This document shows, piece after piece, positions 28,793 to 40,300 of a stretch of 64,000 nt of DNA (the stretch's first letter is position 1; each line of letters begins with the position of its first letter). A program made the translations under genes and the position numbers. Below the pieces are notes generated by a model. The model saw nothing but the letters and a program-made list of their open reading frames with translations, was not told where the DNA came from and did not search any database. This DNA comes from a virus, in the IMG/VR virus record IMGVR_UViG_3300044950_000375, positions 1 through 64,000 of that record; one strand, given 5' to 3'.

Positions 28793-29559
28793 TGATGCCA
28801 GTCCTTTACATGATAGTGAAAGGCACCCCATTGTGTTTGAGTTTGTATACGCATGGGATCCATTTCCCACACTAACTCATTGGTCCATTGCTGTGTCTTT
28901 GTGCCGGCATGTGCTTGTTTCATGTGTACAATCCGTGGGTATGTAGCAAATGGCATGGTCACTAGTTCTCTGCCAATTATGTCTGCTGCCATTGCGTACA
29001 CAAGATCAGTGCTGGGTACATCTTCGGGAAATTTAATCAGCTTTTTAAACTCTGACCAATTGGCAAATATATCACGCACCAGTACAAAGAAATCTCTGGC
29101 TGTTTCACTCAATCGCCAGTAAGTTATAGCATTGTACACATCTGGTAAATTGTTAGCATCAAACACTTTTCTATAGTGCCTGGCTGTGCTGACCTGATCC
29201 TGCCATGTTCTGCAACCCGTAGATATCACAACATCTCGATGTCTAAACATAGTCCACCAGTGATCAATCGAACTGGCAATCATCATGTCTGCTTCTAGTT
29301 TGATAGTTTCGCGATAAGGCGAATTAAAAAACACTTGCCAGTCGTTTGCATACAAGTTATCGCGATCGATGTTCTCAATCACACGATAGTAATTGTACAA
29401 GGGATCGTTGGCATGAGTCTTGTCCGTGATCAAGCAAACACTGGCATGAGGATTCCATTGTTTGATTGTTTTTGTCAATGTTCTAGCACAATCCAAGTAG
29501 TCAACTTGGGGCGTGTTCAAGGCCATGATCACATAGCCTTGTTCTTCTATGGGTTTCAA
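28789..29559 (-). CDS. GT8/GT-A-like glycosyltransferase-related protein
   Basis: SPYRETIKLEADM (ExD), STDLVYAMA, IVHMK; paralog of 29501-30346. Confidence 0.6.
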   Translation of the reverse strand: MKPIEEQGYVIMALNTPQVDYLDCARTLTKTIKQWNPHASVCLITDKTHANDPLYNYYRVIENIDRDNLYANDWQVFFNSPYRETIKLEADMMIASSIDHWWTMFRHRDVVISTGCRTWQDQVSTARHYRKVFDANNLPDVYNAITYWRLSETARDFFVLVRDIFANWSEFKKLIKFPEDVPSTDLVYAMAADIIGRELVTMPFATYPRIVHMKQAHAGTKTQQWTNELVWEMDPMRIQTQTQWGAFHYHVKDWHQ

Positions 29560-30346
29560 CTATTGCTCCTAAATCTCTTTTGCCCATGGCATGAAAGTCC
29601 AGCCCAACAATTGAGACTGTTTTACATTTACCTTGTGCATCTTGATACTCAATATTCCAGAACGTTTCGTTATCAAGCGTTAGTTTGTTTTCGGGTACTA
29701 CACTGGGCATGCCCCAGGGTATGGCATCTACTTTTAGTGTCTGGCCACTCACAATACCCAATGCTATGCTTAGTGCATAGTCGTTTCTGTATGTGGGTTG
29801 TGAGATGTGATAGAGATCTCTGTAGTGCTTCCAGTTCTCACGAATCATCTGCATGGCATCAAATATGTACTGTGCGGTGTTTGATCTGCGAAACATCATC
29901 ACAGTAGCCCAGTACATGGGAAATTGGTATGTGCCAAAAGTATTTAAAAATTCTTCCTCAGGCCTAGCAAGATTGTATGCTGATCTAAAGCACATGAAAT
30001 CTTGTGGGCTGTCAAGCACCACTTTTAAATCTTCACTATTGATCACAAAGTCAGCATCCAACACTAGAGTTTGCTCCCAAGGTGACAAGTTGTAAGCATC
30101 TACTCGGTTGCTGTTATGCCAAGGTACATGATCTTGTATATCACCAAACCAGCGTGAGTTTTCGCCCAACGGATCAGCATATATCACTTGATCAAACACA
30201 GTTTCGTTGCCGGCAGCAGGATTGTTTGTGACCACTGCTACAGGAATGTTTATGAACTGCTGGACTCGTTCAGCACAAAAGGCCGCCATGTCAAGATAGC
30301 GTGTGTGTTCAGTATCAAATGCAAAGATCAGTGCGCCAGTAGTCAT
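29501..30346 (-). CDS. GT8/GT-A-like glycosyltransferase
   Basis: LSPWEQTLVLDADF (DxD), WATVMMF, RNDYALSIA, FHAMGK. Confidence 0.65.
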   Translation of the reverse strand: MTTGALIFAFDTEHTRYLDMAAFCAERVQQFINIPVAVVTNNPAAGNETVFDQVIYADPLGENSRWFGDIQDHVPWHNSNRVDAYNLSPWEQTLVLDADFVINSEDLKVVLDSPQDFMCFRSAYNLARPEEEFLNTFGTYQFPMYWATVMMFRRSNTAQYIFDAMQMIRENWKHYRDLYHISQPTYRNDYALSIALGIVSGQTLKVDAIPWGMPSVVPENKLTLDNETFWNIEYQDAQGKCKTVSIVGLDFHAMGKRDLGAIVETHRRTRLCDHGLEHAPS

Positions 30347-30648
30347 CGTTTGGTGCTAACTTCGTTGTGTTCCAACAGCCAAGCATTCATTTGCTCTTGC
30401 CAACGTTGCATGGCCAAGCTGCGCAGTTCTTCTGGACGTATTTGTACTGGAGTTTCATACAAGTCTAACAGAACTGCATCTCCTGGCGGCACAGTAGCCA
30501 AGATGTTTAGGAGTTCAGGACCAGCACGCCACATGCCACCGCTGTGGGCAAATATCATTCGGGCTTGATATTTCTCTTGAAGTATGCGCTTGGCAGCCAC
30601 ATGGTCAAATCGAGCACGGCTGTGCGAAATTAAATCGTCAGTGTTCAT
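30343..30648 (-). CDS. small hypothetical protein, possible tail-fibre assembly/chaperone-like
   Basis: Likely start MNTDDL at 30648 directly after a promoter; lies next to fibre genes. Confidence 0.55.
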   Translation of the reverse strand: MNTDDLISHSRARFDHVAAKRILQEKYQARMIFAHSGGMWRAGPELLNILATVPPGDAVLLDLYETPVQIRPEELRSLAMQRWQEQMNAWLLEHNEVSTKR

Positions 30649-30654
30649 GTTACG

Positions 30655-30683
30655 ATTGTACAGGATGTACAGGGAAAAGTAAA
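30655..30683 (-). promoter_or_regulatory. sigma70-like promoter (probably leaderless) for the 30648->27544 GT operon
   Basis: Minus strand TTTACT, 17 nt, TACAAT, 6 nt, ATG. Confidence 0.55.
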
Positions 30684-30701
30684 GGGGCAACAGCCCTTTT
30701 T
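30675..30701 (-). terminator. probable intrinsic terminator ending the tail operon
   Basis: Minus strand AAAAAGGGC-TGTT-GCCCCTTTACTTTT, immediately after the stop codon at 30704. Confidence 0.55.
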
Positions 30702-30703
30702 GG

Positions 30704-31702
30704 TTAAGCTACTGATGCAGTTACTGTGGGTGTGCCCCAGCTAGCCGATAGGTAAGTAGTTGATGGTGGCTGAATTAAAACCATTGTGGTTGGTGCAGTT
30801 CCAAAGCCAGAATAAGGAGAACCTGTGTTTGTGCCACCTGAAATGTTTGTGCTTTGGCCTGCGCCTGTTCGAGAGGAACTATTCCAAGTTGTGGTGAAAG
30901 TCAATGTAGTGGCACCAGCATTTTTGGCCGCAGTAGTCAAAATATAGTCACCAGTATACGGACTAACGTCATCGTTCAATTGAAATATTGATGTGGCAGC
31001 AGCGCCAGCAGTTAACGAATACCACCCAGTAGTTGTTGCTAGTGTGGTTTGAGTGCCACCTGTGCCACCTGCTCTTGTGGTTCCTGTGTAACTAGTGCCA
31101 CCGATTGTTTGTGCAGCACCATTAACACGTCCGACAAATGCAAGACTGCCAACTTTTCCCACAAATGTGTTCCAGTCTGGATCATTATCTGTGCCAGTAG
31201 ACGACTTGTTATAGTATACTCGAACAATGCCGCCTGCATTCCAAAAATATCTTGCTTGATCAGCTGACGGAAAAGTTACAGTGTGGGTAAATGTAATAGT
31301 CCAGGCATTGGTGCCAGTACCAGTGCCTGATGTTTTAGATGTGGTTCCTAAAAAACTTTGATTTAATGTTCCGGCATTTGAAGCACTGCCGCGATTGGTA
31401 TTGCAATTGGTAATGTCTGTGGCCACAGCCGCCAACACACTAATAGTTTGCCCCGCGGTAGGAGCAGATCGAGAAGTAATAGTTGTGCCGGTTTGACTGC
31501 CCATAGTGGCAAGTGTGTTGACCAAACTGGCCCAGTTTGTAGCTGTCACAGTGCCGCCAGCACTCACTGTACTTAGAGCACTTTGTCCCCAGCCACTGTC
31601 GGTTGAGCCTGTGCTCCAGATGTTATTGATGTTTGGCGATCCAGTGCTTACAAACCCGTTAAAGTCTGATGCTTGAATTAATCCACCGCTTGAATATGTC
31701 AT
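30704..31702 (-). CDS. virion structural protein (T/G/S-rich fibre or tail-associated)
   Basis: 332 aa, very T/S/G-rich, ARYFWNAGG motif, located in the tail module. Confidence 0.7.
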   Translation of the reverse strand: MTYSSGGLIQASDFNGFVSTGSPNINNIWSTGSTDSGWGQSALSTVSAGGTVTATNWASLVNTLATMGSQTGTTITSRSAPTAGQTISVLAAVATDITNCNTNRGSASNAGTLNQSFLGTTSKTSGTGTGTNAWTITFTHTVTFPSADQARYFWNAGGIVRVYYNKSSTGTDNDPDWNTFVGKVGSLAFVGRVNGAAQTIGGTSYTGTTRAGGTGGTQTTLATTTGWYSLTAGAAATSIFQLNDDVSPYTGDYILTTAAKNAGATTLTFTTTWNSSSRTGAGQSTNISGGTNTGSPYSGFGTAPTTMVLIQPPSTTYLSASWGTPTVTASVA

Positions 31703-31714
31703 TGTTTGTTCCGA

Positions 31715-33496
31715 TTACTTTATAGTCACAATTGCTTCTATTGTACCTGGACCAGGGGTGAGTTTGTCAACCAGTGCTCGTCCAATTACGTTGAATGCTG
31801 TGGCTTCACCTGGTTGAGCAGCTCTGGCCATGCCTGAACCTGCTGATACCAATCTGTCACCTTTGCGCACTACTCCAATTACTTGCACCGGAACACGGCC
31901 AGTCATTGCAACTGGTGGATGCGTGTCGTCTTCTCCAGCGCCGCCATTCATTAGGTAGGCTGCTCTTGTACTTATAACGCCAAACACATTTTCGCTTAAA
32001 TCTTGTTGAGATCTTGTGATTTCAGCTGTACCGCCTAGTTCAACTACGGTACCAGGTGCCAGTTCTTCATCAGCTGCAAAACGTTCTGCAACGTCAGCAT
32101 ACAAGGCTGTGGTGGCTGTGGCAAACAATCGATTGAAATAACTAGCAGAGGATCCAATATTGCCCACAGCATTTGTGCCAGTGTGTTCGATACTTGGTGT
32201 GCTCAATCCAGTGACAATTGCTCCGGTAGTGGCCAGCACCATGACATTCCCAATGCCGCCAATTGTAAATGCAATATTGCCGCCGGATGATGTAACATTG
32301 CCTTCTGAAGTGCCGTTTTCAATTTTGGTAACACTAACAGCTGAACTCAATCCAGTAAGCTGACTACCGTTGCCCAAGAAAAATCCAGCACTGACGTTGC
32401 CTACACCAGAAACTCTGCCTGATCCGAATAGTACGTTACCACCTGTAATATTACCTGTGCCAGAAACTATTCCAGAACCAAATAGCACGTTTCCACCAGT
32501 GATGTTGCCTGTGCCACTCACAATGCCAGATCCAAATAACACATTGCCGCCAGTTATATTACCGGTTGCGCTGACCAGACCAGCAGTTCTTATGTTACCA
32601 CCTTGGACGTTTCCAGTTACTGTAGCAAGGCCAGCAGTAATAAGATTGCCGCCTGTAGCATTGCCGGTTGCTGACATTATTCCACCGGTTAAAAGATTGC
32701 CACCTGTAATATTCCCAGTAGTACTAACTGAGCCGCCGGCAGGTGGAATTACATTGCCAATAAAGTTTGGAGCAGTAATATTGCCAGTGGCACTAACTAA
32801 TCCAGTGACAAAAACGCCTGTGCTGGCCACAGTTTCAACAACACTTCCAGCAACTGCTAACGTGATGTTGGCTGGGTTGCTGATGTTGCCGCTGCTGTTG
32901 CCAATATTCCAGACTGTAAAGCCTTTGTAAATTTTAGGAAATCCCAATCCAACGTATGCACTACTATTACCAGCTGGTGTAAAGTCAGCAACTTTACTAA
33001 TAATACCAACCAAGTCACCAGCAGCATACAATCCTGTGACAACATAACCTGTGGTACCATCGCCAATGGTAAGGGGTATAGCGCCAGATTGTCCTTCGAT
33101 ACTTGAATATGCTGGACCAACCACAATAAATGTGCTAGGGGCCACTGAACAAACTTTTAACTGCTGATTTGTGGTATCATACCACAAGTCTCCTTGTACA
33201 GCAGGGCTTGGTGCTGTAGATGATGATGTGGCACCGCTAATAACTTTCCAGGTTGTTCCTGAATAAACTTTCAATAGTGTATTGGTGCTGTCCCACCATA
33301 GTTGTCCAGTAAGCGGAGCAGCAGGTGCTGTTGTGTTAGCTGAATTTTCCAACAAGTGAATAAAATTGTCGTCTAGGAACTGCCCGTACCCAGCATAATT
33401 TTTGCCGATCAACGTCATCGAACTGGCAGTGTTTACAGTACCATCTGTTATGGTAGCAAACGTTGTGCCGTTTGTTAGATTAATTGTATATGCCAT
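31715..33496 (-). CDS. tail fibre/spike protein with GNITGGN beta-repeats and C-terminal chaperone-like domain
   Basis: GQLWWD/GDLWYD motifs, repeated GNITGGN units, C-terminal YADVAERF...VAMTGRVPV..KGDRLVS (intramolecular chaperone-type). Confidence 0.8.
   Translation of the reverse strand: MAYTINLTNGTTFATITDGTVNTASSMTLIGKNYAGYGQFLDDNFIHLLENSANTTAPAAPLTGQLWWDSTNTLLKVYSGTTWKVISGATSSSTAPSPAVQGDLWYDTTNQQLKVCSVAPSTFIVVGPAYSSIEGQSGAIPLTIGDGTTGYVVTGLYAAGDLVGIISKVADFTPAGNSSAYVGLGFPKIYKGFTVWNIGNSSGNISNPANITLAVAGSVVETVASTGVFVTGLVSATGNITAPNFIGNVIPPAGGSVSTTGNITGGNLLTGGIMSATGNATGGNLITAGLATVTGNVQGGNIRTAGLVSATGNITGGNVLFGSGIVSGTGNITGGNVLFGSGIVSGTGNITGGNVLFGSGRVSGVGNVSAGFFLGNGSQLTGLSSAVSVTKIENGTSEGNVTSSGGNIAFTIGGIGNVMVLATTGAIVTGLSTPSIEHTGTNAVGNIGSSASYFNRLFATATTALYADVAERFAADEELAPGTVVELGGTAEITRSQQDLSENVFGVISTRAAYLMNGGAGEDDTHPPVAMTGRVPVQVIGVVRKGDRLVSAGSGMARAAQPGEATAFNVIGRALVDKLTPGPGTIEAIVTIK
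32390..32790 (-). repeat. 17-18-aa tandem repeats (TGNITGGNVLFGSGIVSG x3 near-identical, plus degenerate copies)
   Basis: Visible in the translation; boundaries approximate. Confidence 0.85.
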
Positions 33497-33525
33497 GTTG
33501 GTCGCCTTGTTCCTATATTTTTCTA

Positions 33526-33533
33526 TATTTATA
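33526..33533 (-). promoter_or_regulatory. T4-type late promoter TATAAATA
   Basis: Exact consensus, 30 nt upstream of the fibre gene and overlapping the upstream stop codon; a gp55-like sigma is present in the window. Confidence 0.7.
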
Positions 33534-34152
33534 CAGCATTTATGTTGCTTAGTGTCTGTATACGCAGAGTGTAATCAATCTGAATCTGACGGTTCAAGCT
33601 CTTTTGCACTGGGTGGAAAATTACATGAGTAATCAGTCGCAAATCTGTTGAGCTGCCGTTCCAAGATTTAAGGCCTAGTTCATCAAACACATATTCGCCG
33701 TTAAAATTGGTAGAATTGTCAAATGCTTGTTGTGTGGGCGGTTCGCCGTAGTCTAACAAACAGGTCACAAGAATATCTGTATAAACAGTACCTGCTGTGT
33801 GTATCACAGTCATAAAGTTTGTGTCAGGATCGCTATCTGCAGCCGAGTTATCGTCAACAACTTTGGCGTAAGTTTCATTGTACAGTCCGGCGTTTTGTCC
33901 CACAGTGTTCGGGGGCAAATATGTAATCACACCTGTAGGGTCCACAGAGCTGCCGCCGTTTCCAAATGCCATAGAATAGATAATTCCCAAACTAGACCCG
34001 TTTGCGTCCAATCTATTGCTTAGGGCTTGTGCCATAGCAATTGATATATTTTCATAGTGAATTGCGTTTTTCTTATCTACCAACACTTCACCTGTGTTGG
34101 GATCGTGTATTTTAATAAAGCCTTCAATACGGGCCAATCCTGGTTCTATCAT
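33529..34152 (-). CDS. tail/baseplate structural protein
   Basis: 207 aa; FDELGL...ITHVIFHPVQKSLNRQIQIDYTL beta-sandwich typical of fibre-attachment proteins. Confidence 0.65.
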   Translation of the reverse strand: MIEPGLARIEGFIKIHDPNTGEVLVDKKNAIHYENISIAMAQALSNRLDANGSSLGIIYSMAFGNGGSSVDPTGVITYLPPNTVGQNAGLYNETYAKVVDDNSAADSDPDTNFMTVIHTAGTVYTDILVTCLLDYGEPPTQQAFDNSTNFNGEYVFDELGLKSWNGSSTDLRLITHVIFHPVQKSLNRQIQIDYTLRIQTLSNINAV

Positions 34153-34307
34153 GCTCTGCCCTCCATATAAACTTCGCGAGTTTTTGGATCAAAAATACGC
34201 ACATGAGCTTCGACGGAAAACGATCCTTGCTCGTTGGGACGTTTAGGCTGAGGTTGTTTTTTCTCAGAATTTGCAGTTACTGGCTGTTTTGGCATAGTAG
34301 TTGACAT
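34149..34307 (-). CDS. 52-aa protein similar to the N-terminus of the downstream gene (not in ORF track)
   Basis: MSTTMPKQ...GSFSVEAHVRIFDPKTREVYMEGRA*. TAAATA lies 7 nt upstream; ATGA overlap downstream. Confidence 0.7.
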   Translation of the reverse strand: MSTTMPKQPVTANSEKKQPQPKRPNEQGSFSVEAHVRIFDPKTREVYMEGRA

Positions 34308-34325
34308 GATCGTTTATTTACCTTG

Positions 34326-37300
34326 TTATAATCCACGTAAAAACCTTGCAGCATTTGTGTCAGTGATCTGTAGTGCTTCGCCGTTGCTAGGTGTTCCGTT
34401 ACCCGGAGCATACCAAGTTACACCTCTACGCTGTAATATCACCACCTCAACACCTGCACCTGGAGCAGGCAAATCGTTGGCTGTAAGGAACTGTATTGCT
34501 AGTGGATTGTAATCGGTTACTTGGTAGTAGTTGCTGGCCAAACTGGTGCCAGCAACACCTGTTCCTGACCCTGCCCCTGTAGCTGTAAATACCACGCCCG
34601 GCAATGGATAAACATCGCTTGGCAGGCCAATAGCATGCCAGTTGGTGCTGCCAACACTAGCAATAGTGTAAGTTTGTCCTATCACAAACTGCCCAGCATA
34701 GTAACCTACTCTAGCACGGTTGCCGCCGACATATACTTCAATACTGTTGACTTCAAAAGAACTGTCACTTAAATCAAATTCAATTGTAGGAGCGTAAAAT
34801 ATTGTGGTAGATCCATCACCCGTACTGGTATCGCTTACAATATAGTTTTGAAACTCTTGAGGTTGTCTGTTACCAAGCCCCATGTCATACACTTCTGCAT
34901 TGACTGAATGACTGGTAGCGGCTGTGCCAGCAGTACCTCGTTGTAACCCAGTGATTGAATTTGTAGACAAATTTCTTTCGCGATATAGTATGCGTTCACC
35001 ATCAATTGTAACTACACCAAAAATACCATCAGTCAAGTTGGGCTCACTAAGGGCTGCGACATTTGCGACGTAGATAATGTCTGCTACAGCTGACACTGCC
35101 TGAGCTACTGTAGTTGTTGTTGAGGCAGTGATACGGAACGTAGTTTGCACTCCACGCATGTCCTGGAACAATCTAAATGCCATAGCACCTGGCACAACAC
35201 TCTCAGTAAATTCAGTTACTGCCAGCACTTGTGCCGAGCCAATAATACCACTGCCCAGTATCAAATATTGTCCTTGCACTGCATAATCCACGCCTGGATA
35301 CAATCTATTGCCATCCAATGTAACCCATAATCTGTTGGCCAATATTCCTTCACGACCTAGATTAAAATCATTAGTTGGAACAGCCACGCCTACGCTGAAG
35401 TCAAAGCTGCCTGATGTGTCATTGGCTGCATCTGGAAAACTGTATCCAGTGCTGTCATATGGCTCAATCACTGTGAGACCTGTGACTATCGGCCCCACAA
35501 AAACCAAAGTTAACGGATCTTGTTGTGATGTATCATTCCAACTGGTAATTGCAATTTGATCGCCTAAATTAAGCAACGGAGTTATTAACAATCTGTTGGG
35601 CGAGCCTATCACAACTGTGTATTGTGCAATGGTGCTAACTGATATTAAAATCTGTGCGCCATCGGCAGGTGGAGTAAAAAATACCACTTGTCGACCCGGA
35701 GTATTACTGCCATCATAATTGGTTACAGAATAATTACCTACAATAGCACCATAATTTTGTACTTGTAGGACATTGTCTACCCAAACTTGAATATCAGTGT
35801 AAGCATTGATAGCAGATTGTGGATAGCCACCACCGCGCTGTGGTAACCCAAAACTGCTGCTGGTTCCGTCACCAGTCCATTCAATACCCTCAGGTGGGTG
35901 TAGGCGTTTACCATTAACAGTGACCACTAGGTTGGCCACATTGGTTCCTTGCATGCTGTTGTCAAGATTGATACTGTTGGTCAATATATCAGACTCAGTG
36001 GCAGTATGATACTGTGTTACTGCTGTGCTCCAGCTGTATTGTGGATCTTCAACACCCATGGCAGTGATAGAAATTCCATCTCCTGGACCATATGGTGCTT
36101 CGGTACCAATAAATCGAGTCCAATCAATCTCAGTAGTTCCGACAGAGATAGACGGATTTGATGTGCAGACCCATCTTGTGGCAGCATTGGTTGATCCCGA
36201 TGTAACCAGGGTAATTGCGCTAGGAATATCTAGAGAATCAACAAAATCTGTTGCTCTGGTCAATATCCAACCAATTGTGCTATTACCAACTCTAGTAACA
36301 GTATAGATACCATTAAACGTTGCACTTTGCGTGGTATCATTGGTGTATGTGCCAGTTTCATCCTTGACAAGTATGCGATCTCCTACCAATGGAATAACGC
36401 CGTCAATTGTTAACGCAGTGTAATCATCAAATACGTTGTAATTTGTCAGTGTTGCCCCAACACCGTTTGTGCCATTGTTGTACACATAGCCATAAGTTCC
36501 AAATAACGATGTTGTGGTTGCATATTTTACATTGGCCATTGGGTACGGAAATGTAACTGTGGATTGCACAGTTGGAACAAATTCTATCCAATACAATGGA
36601 TCATCTAATAAAATTCCCGGCGGCACTGATTGCAACGCTCGATAATACAATTGATTATCTTCAACAACAGTTTGTGCTGCATAAGAATTTTCGTAAGTCC
36701 AAGGCACACTGTTAGCATAAGATGTCCAGGTAGCACCTGACACATTTGTACCATTTACAAACAATACCAGTTCATAAATTTCATCAGCATTTACAGGAAT
36801 TACTACAGAATTATTGACTTCTGTTCCGTTGTAATTTCCGCGGAACAACTGATTGCCACCACCCATTTCGTAAGCAGTAACACTGATCACATCACCATTT
36901 GTAATGCCACCGTCGGGAACGGCTGTTATAGTTTGGGCCTCCCAATCCACAACGTAGTCTACGTCTGGTGTGAGATCACTATTTGTATTTTCATTAGAAA
37001 CTTCAATGTTTACCGGATTTTGCACCAATGTGCCCCAGTATAAGGCATTGCCGTCATAAACATAATTGAATGTGCCTATAGCAAAGCCATGTCCGTCACC
37101 TGTCCAGTCTGCACCTGGACGAGTATACACACGGAAATCTAGTGTGTCGTATTCTGATCCGTTGACCAATTCTTCTGGAGCATGTCCTTCGTATGGTCCA
37201 ATAAATTCACCACCATCTACATTGATATCAGTTGGACGTAGTCCCAAAAACATATCAGTAAAGCTGCTGGCATAGGTAGCATCTATTGGTTCTGGCACAT

Positions 37301-40300
37301 CGGCAACCATGGTGCCGGTGGCAGAAGTCAAACTAAATGTCAACCCATCTGGTGCCAAGGCAACTGTAAAATGTGTTGCATCAACAATGGCATTTACATA
37401 ATAAACAGTACCAGCCACGATGCCACCAAACACCGTGCCGTAGAATCTGATTGGATCACCAAGCGACAATCTTGCTGTTTGAACACATGTGATTTCGTTG
37501 GTAGTTGCATTGGTAGCAGTACACACCAAGGTAGGACTTGCCGGAGCACTGCCCAAGAAATAGTCTCCCCAAACTTGCACACCTGGATAGCTGGTGCCAT
37601 CTACTAGCAATTGCAAATCTAATCCAAATTCGTTTACGCCCGGAACATAAAATCCCATGGTACGATTGACACCACTGAGTGTGGCTGCATCTACCAGTGT
37701 CCAATCTTCAAGATTGAAAACTGGGCCAATCACCGCACTACTGCCGTCTGCACTGTCAGCTTGCCATACACGATCATCATACCGAACCAGTGTGCCATTT
37801 TCGTATGTGCCATCTGAACTCCAGGTTAATACAGATGTTTGATATTGATAACGGTCGTATTTGAGAACTGTGCGGAAACTGCGCACAAGTCCGTTGTCCA
37901 TCTGAGGGTATGCAGCAACGCCTGTGCCATTGCCACCATCAAACGCCACAGTTGGAGTTGAGCGGTAGCCTGAACCGCCATTGATCAATGTTATAGATAC
38001 GACATTGCCTGATGAGTTTAGCACTGCTGTGGCTTCTGCTCCAGACCCAGTGTCACCTTCAGCCGGTACAATCAACACTGTAGGCGCAATGGTATAGCCT
38101 GTGCCTTGATTGGTAACTGTAATTGAATCTACATGTAGCAAATAGTTGTCAAACCATTGACTGTAAGGCCACTCTGGCCACAGAGTGCTATTAGGAGCAG
38201 TGTCACTGAGTGTGTTAAATGCCTGAGCTGTGGCATGTTCATAAGGTAACAAAATTGGGCTTACATACTGTGGTATAGTCAAATTTGTGTCATAGTATGC
38301 TGGCAAATCAAAGTCAGTTAAACTGCCTTGGAAGTTATCAATGCCATCATATGTTAGATTGAATTCACGAACTTGTACGTGGTAGGGTTTGACTTCTTGA
38401 ATATACTCACTCACAAAGTCTTGATTGTCACGGATGTAATTTTGATATGGCACCAGATCTCTAACTTTGTGTTGAACATCAATCAAACTGGTTTTAATCA
38501 ACCATTCTGGTGCTAGTAACTCGCTTAAAATAAAGTTAAACATCAAAGTAAGTGACTGATTTCTTTCAATTTTCAATTCGTCAACAAACAATTCTTCATT
38601 TATAGCTTGAATAATTTTACGTGTTTCAATCACTGGTTCTTGATCAAAATATTGTGCATCAAACACTTCAACGTCAAACCCAAATCTGCCTAGCGCATAA
38701 TCATAAATTTCAGCAGAAATTTCAATGGTACCATCTTCAAGGCCTACTCGATCCCATCCTGTATCGGTACGCAGATAGATTTCAAACTTGCCTTGTGCAT
38801 TGGCAGTGACTTTAACACTTGATCCAATGGCCACACTTAATGTTTCCAATGTAGCATAGTTTGGTACTTCGGCCACAATAATTGAACTAGAATTGTATCC
38901 TGGCTGATACCAGTTAACGTAACTCCAGTATTGTGGCGTGTTATAATTTTGCACACGACTTAACACCAATTCTCTCACTGTTGGATCATTTGTAGCTTGT
39001 ACTTCATTAATGGTCCATAATCCACGATTCAAACTATTGGTAACCACAAGATATTTGTAACCCAATGGCACAGCATATATGTCTTGAAATCCTAGTATTT
39101 CTAAGTTAGCCACTCGCAAATTCCACTCACCGCTGGTTGCACTAGGTTCGGGTTCTGCACTGTTTAACAATGCAAAACTTCTAATTTCTGTTATCGGATA
39201 CAATGCAAATACATCATTGGCACGTTGAATATAATTTTTTAACGCTAAAAATCGATCCACAAACATACTCTGGCGTGGTCGGAATTGAACACCATATTGC
39301 TGAGCGTAGTTAAGATTTGGATCTGGAACTTTATTGCCAGTTGTGTCTACTCCACAAAAACTGTCTTGTAGTTTACGATACAAATTATCACTTAAGAAAG
39401 CATCATCTTGCCCTTGTGCAATTAATTCGTATTCAGTGTGTACATTAGCCTCTGTAAGAACTTGATCAAACTCCACACTGATGATAGTATCTGCTGCCAA
39501 AATGTATTCAATTGCATTGTAGATTGCAATAGTGCTAGAGTTAATTGGCGCAACATAACTAATACCACTGGCCTTTGGTTCTTGAATATAAGATGCCACT
39601 GTGGCCACGCTAAGTGTCTTGCCTGCCTGTGATGCAGTTTCAGTTATGCCACGCACCCAGAAATAATATTCAGTAACAAATGTTCCAGACTGATTTAATC
39701 GAGTGCTTACTACATAACTAATGATGCTGTATGGTGTGCCAACTCCGGCGTAATTTGCAGGTGGTACTGCGCTAGAAATCCATTGATATACATCCACTGT
39801 ACTGCCGGGGAATACTTGTCCCCACCGACGGCTGGCATAAGTTGGATTATCCTGATTTGGATTAATAAATCTTACTGTGCTGATGTCCCACCAAACTTCT
39901 CCAACATGGGTAGTCGCCCAAGTGTCACCGCGATTGTTTACAGGACCAACATTGTAAGAAGCAGGGTCAATTGCGCTGATAAAATCTATATTCTCTTGAG
40001 CAGCACCTAATACTTTTCCTTGCAGTGGATCAAAGAAATCAAAGAATTGACTCTTGGCCGAAGAGATTCTGTCATACATGTACACACTGGTCAACAGTCG
40101 TATATCAACAACTGGTTGTTGAATAGCAATTGGCTCCCATGCAAGACGTTGTGTGGGATTTTCAAATATATAAGCAGCACCGTATTCGCTGAATGTGCTA
40201 TCTTCAAAGTCTTCGCCAGGCGCAGTGGCTACCAAAACACCAGAATTGTAACTTACTGCATAACCATATTGATCCAAATATGATACACCATCAGTTTCAA

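Noticed and set aside
2173-30346. Interpreting the island as bacterial LPS/capsule DNA or a misassembly
   Set aside because: No flippase, polymerase or export genes. It is seamlessly coupled to phage genes, uses phage TAAATA boxes, and has a paralog embedded at the gp55-gp47 locus.
34301-34332. Plus-strand TTGACA...TATAAT antisense to the giant gene
   Set aside because: Spacer is 20 nt and the TATAAT arises from the gene's last codons (TTA TAA). An extended -10 (TGn) is present, but there is no other support.
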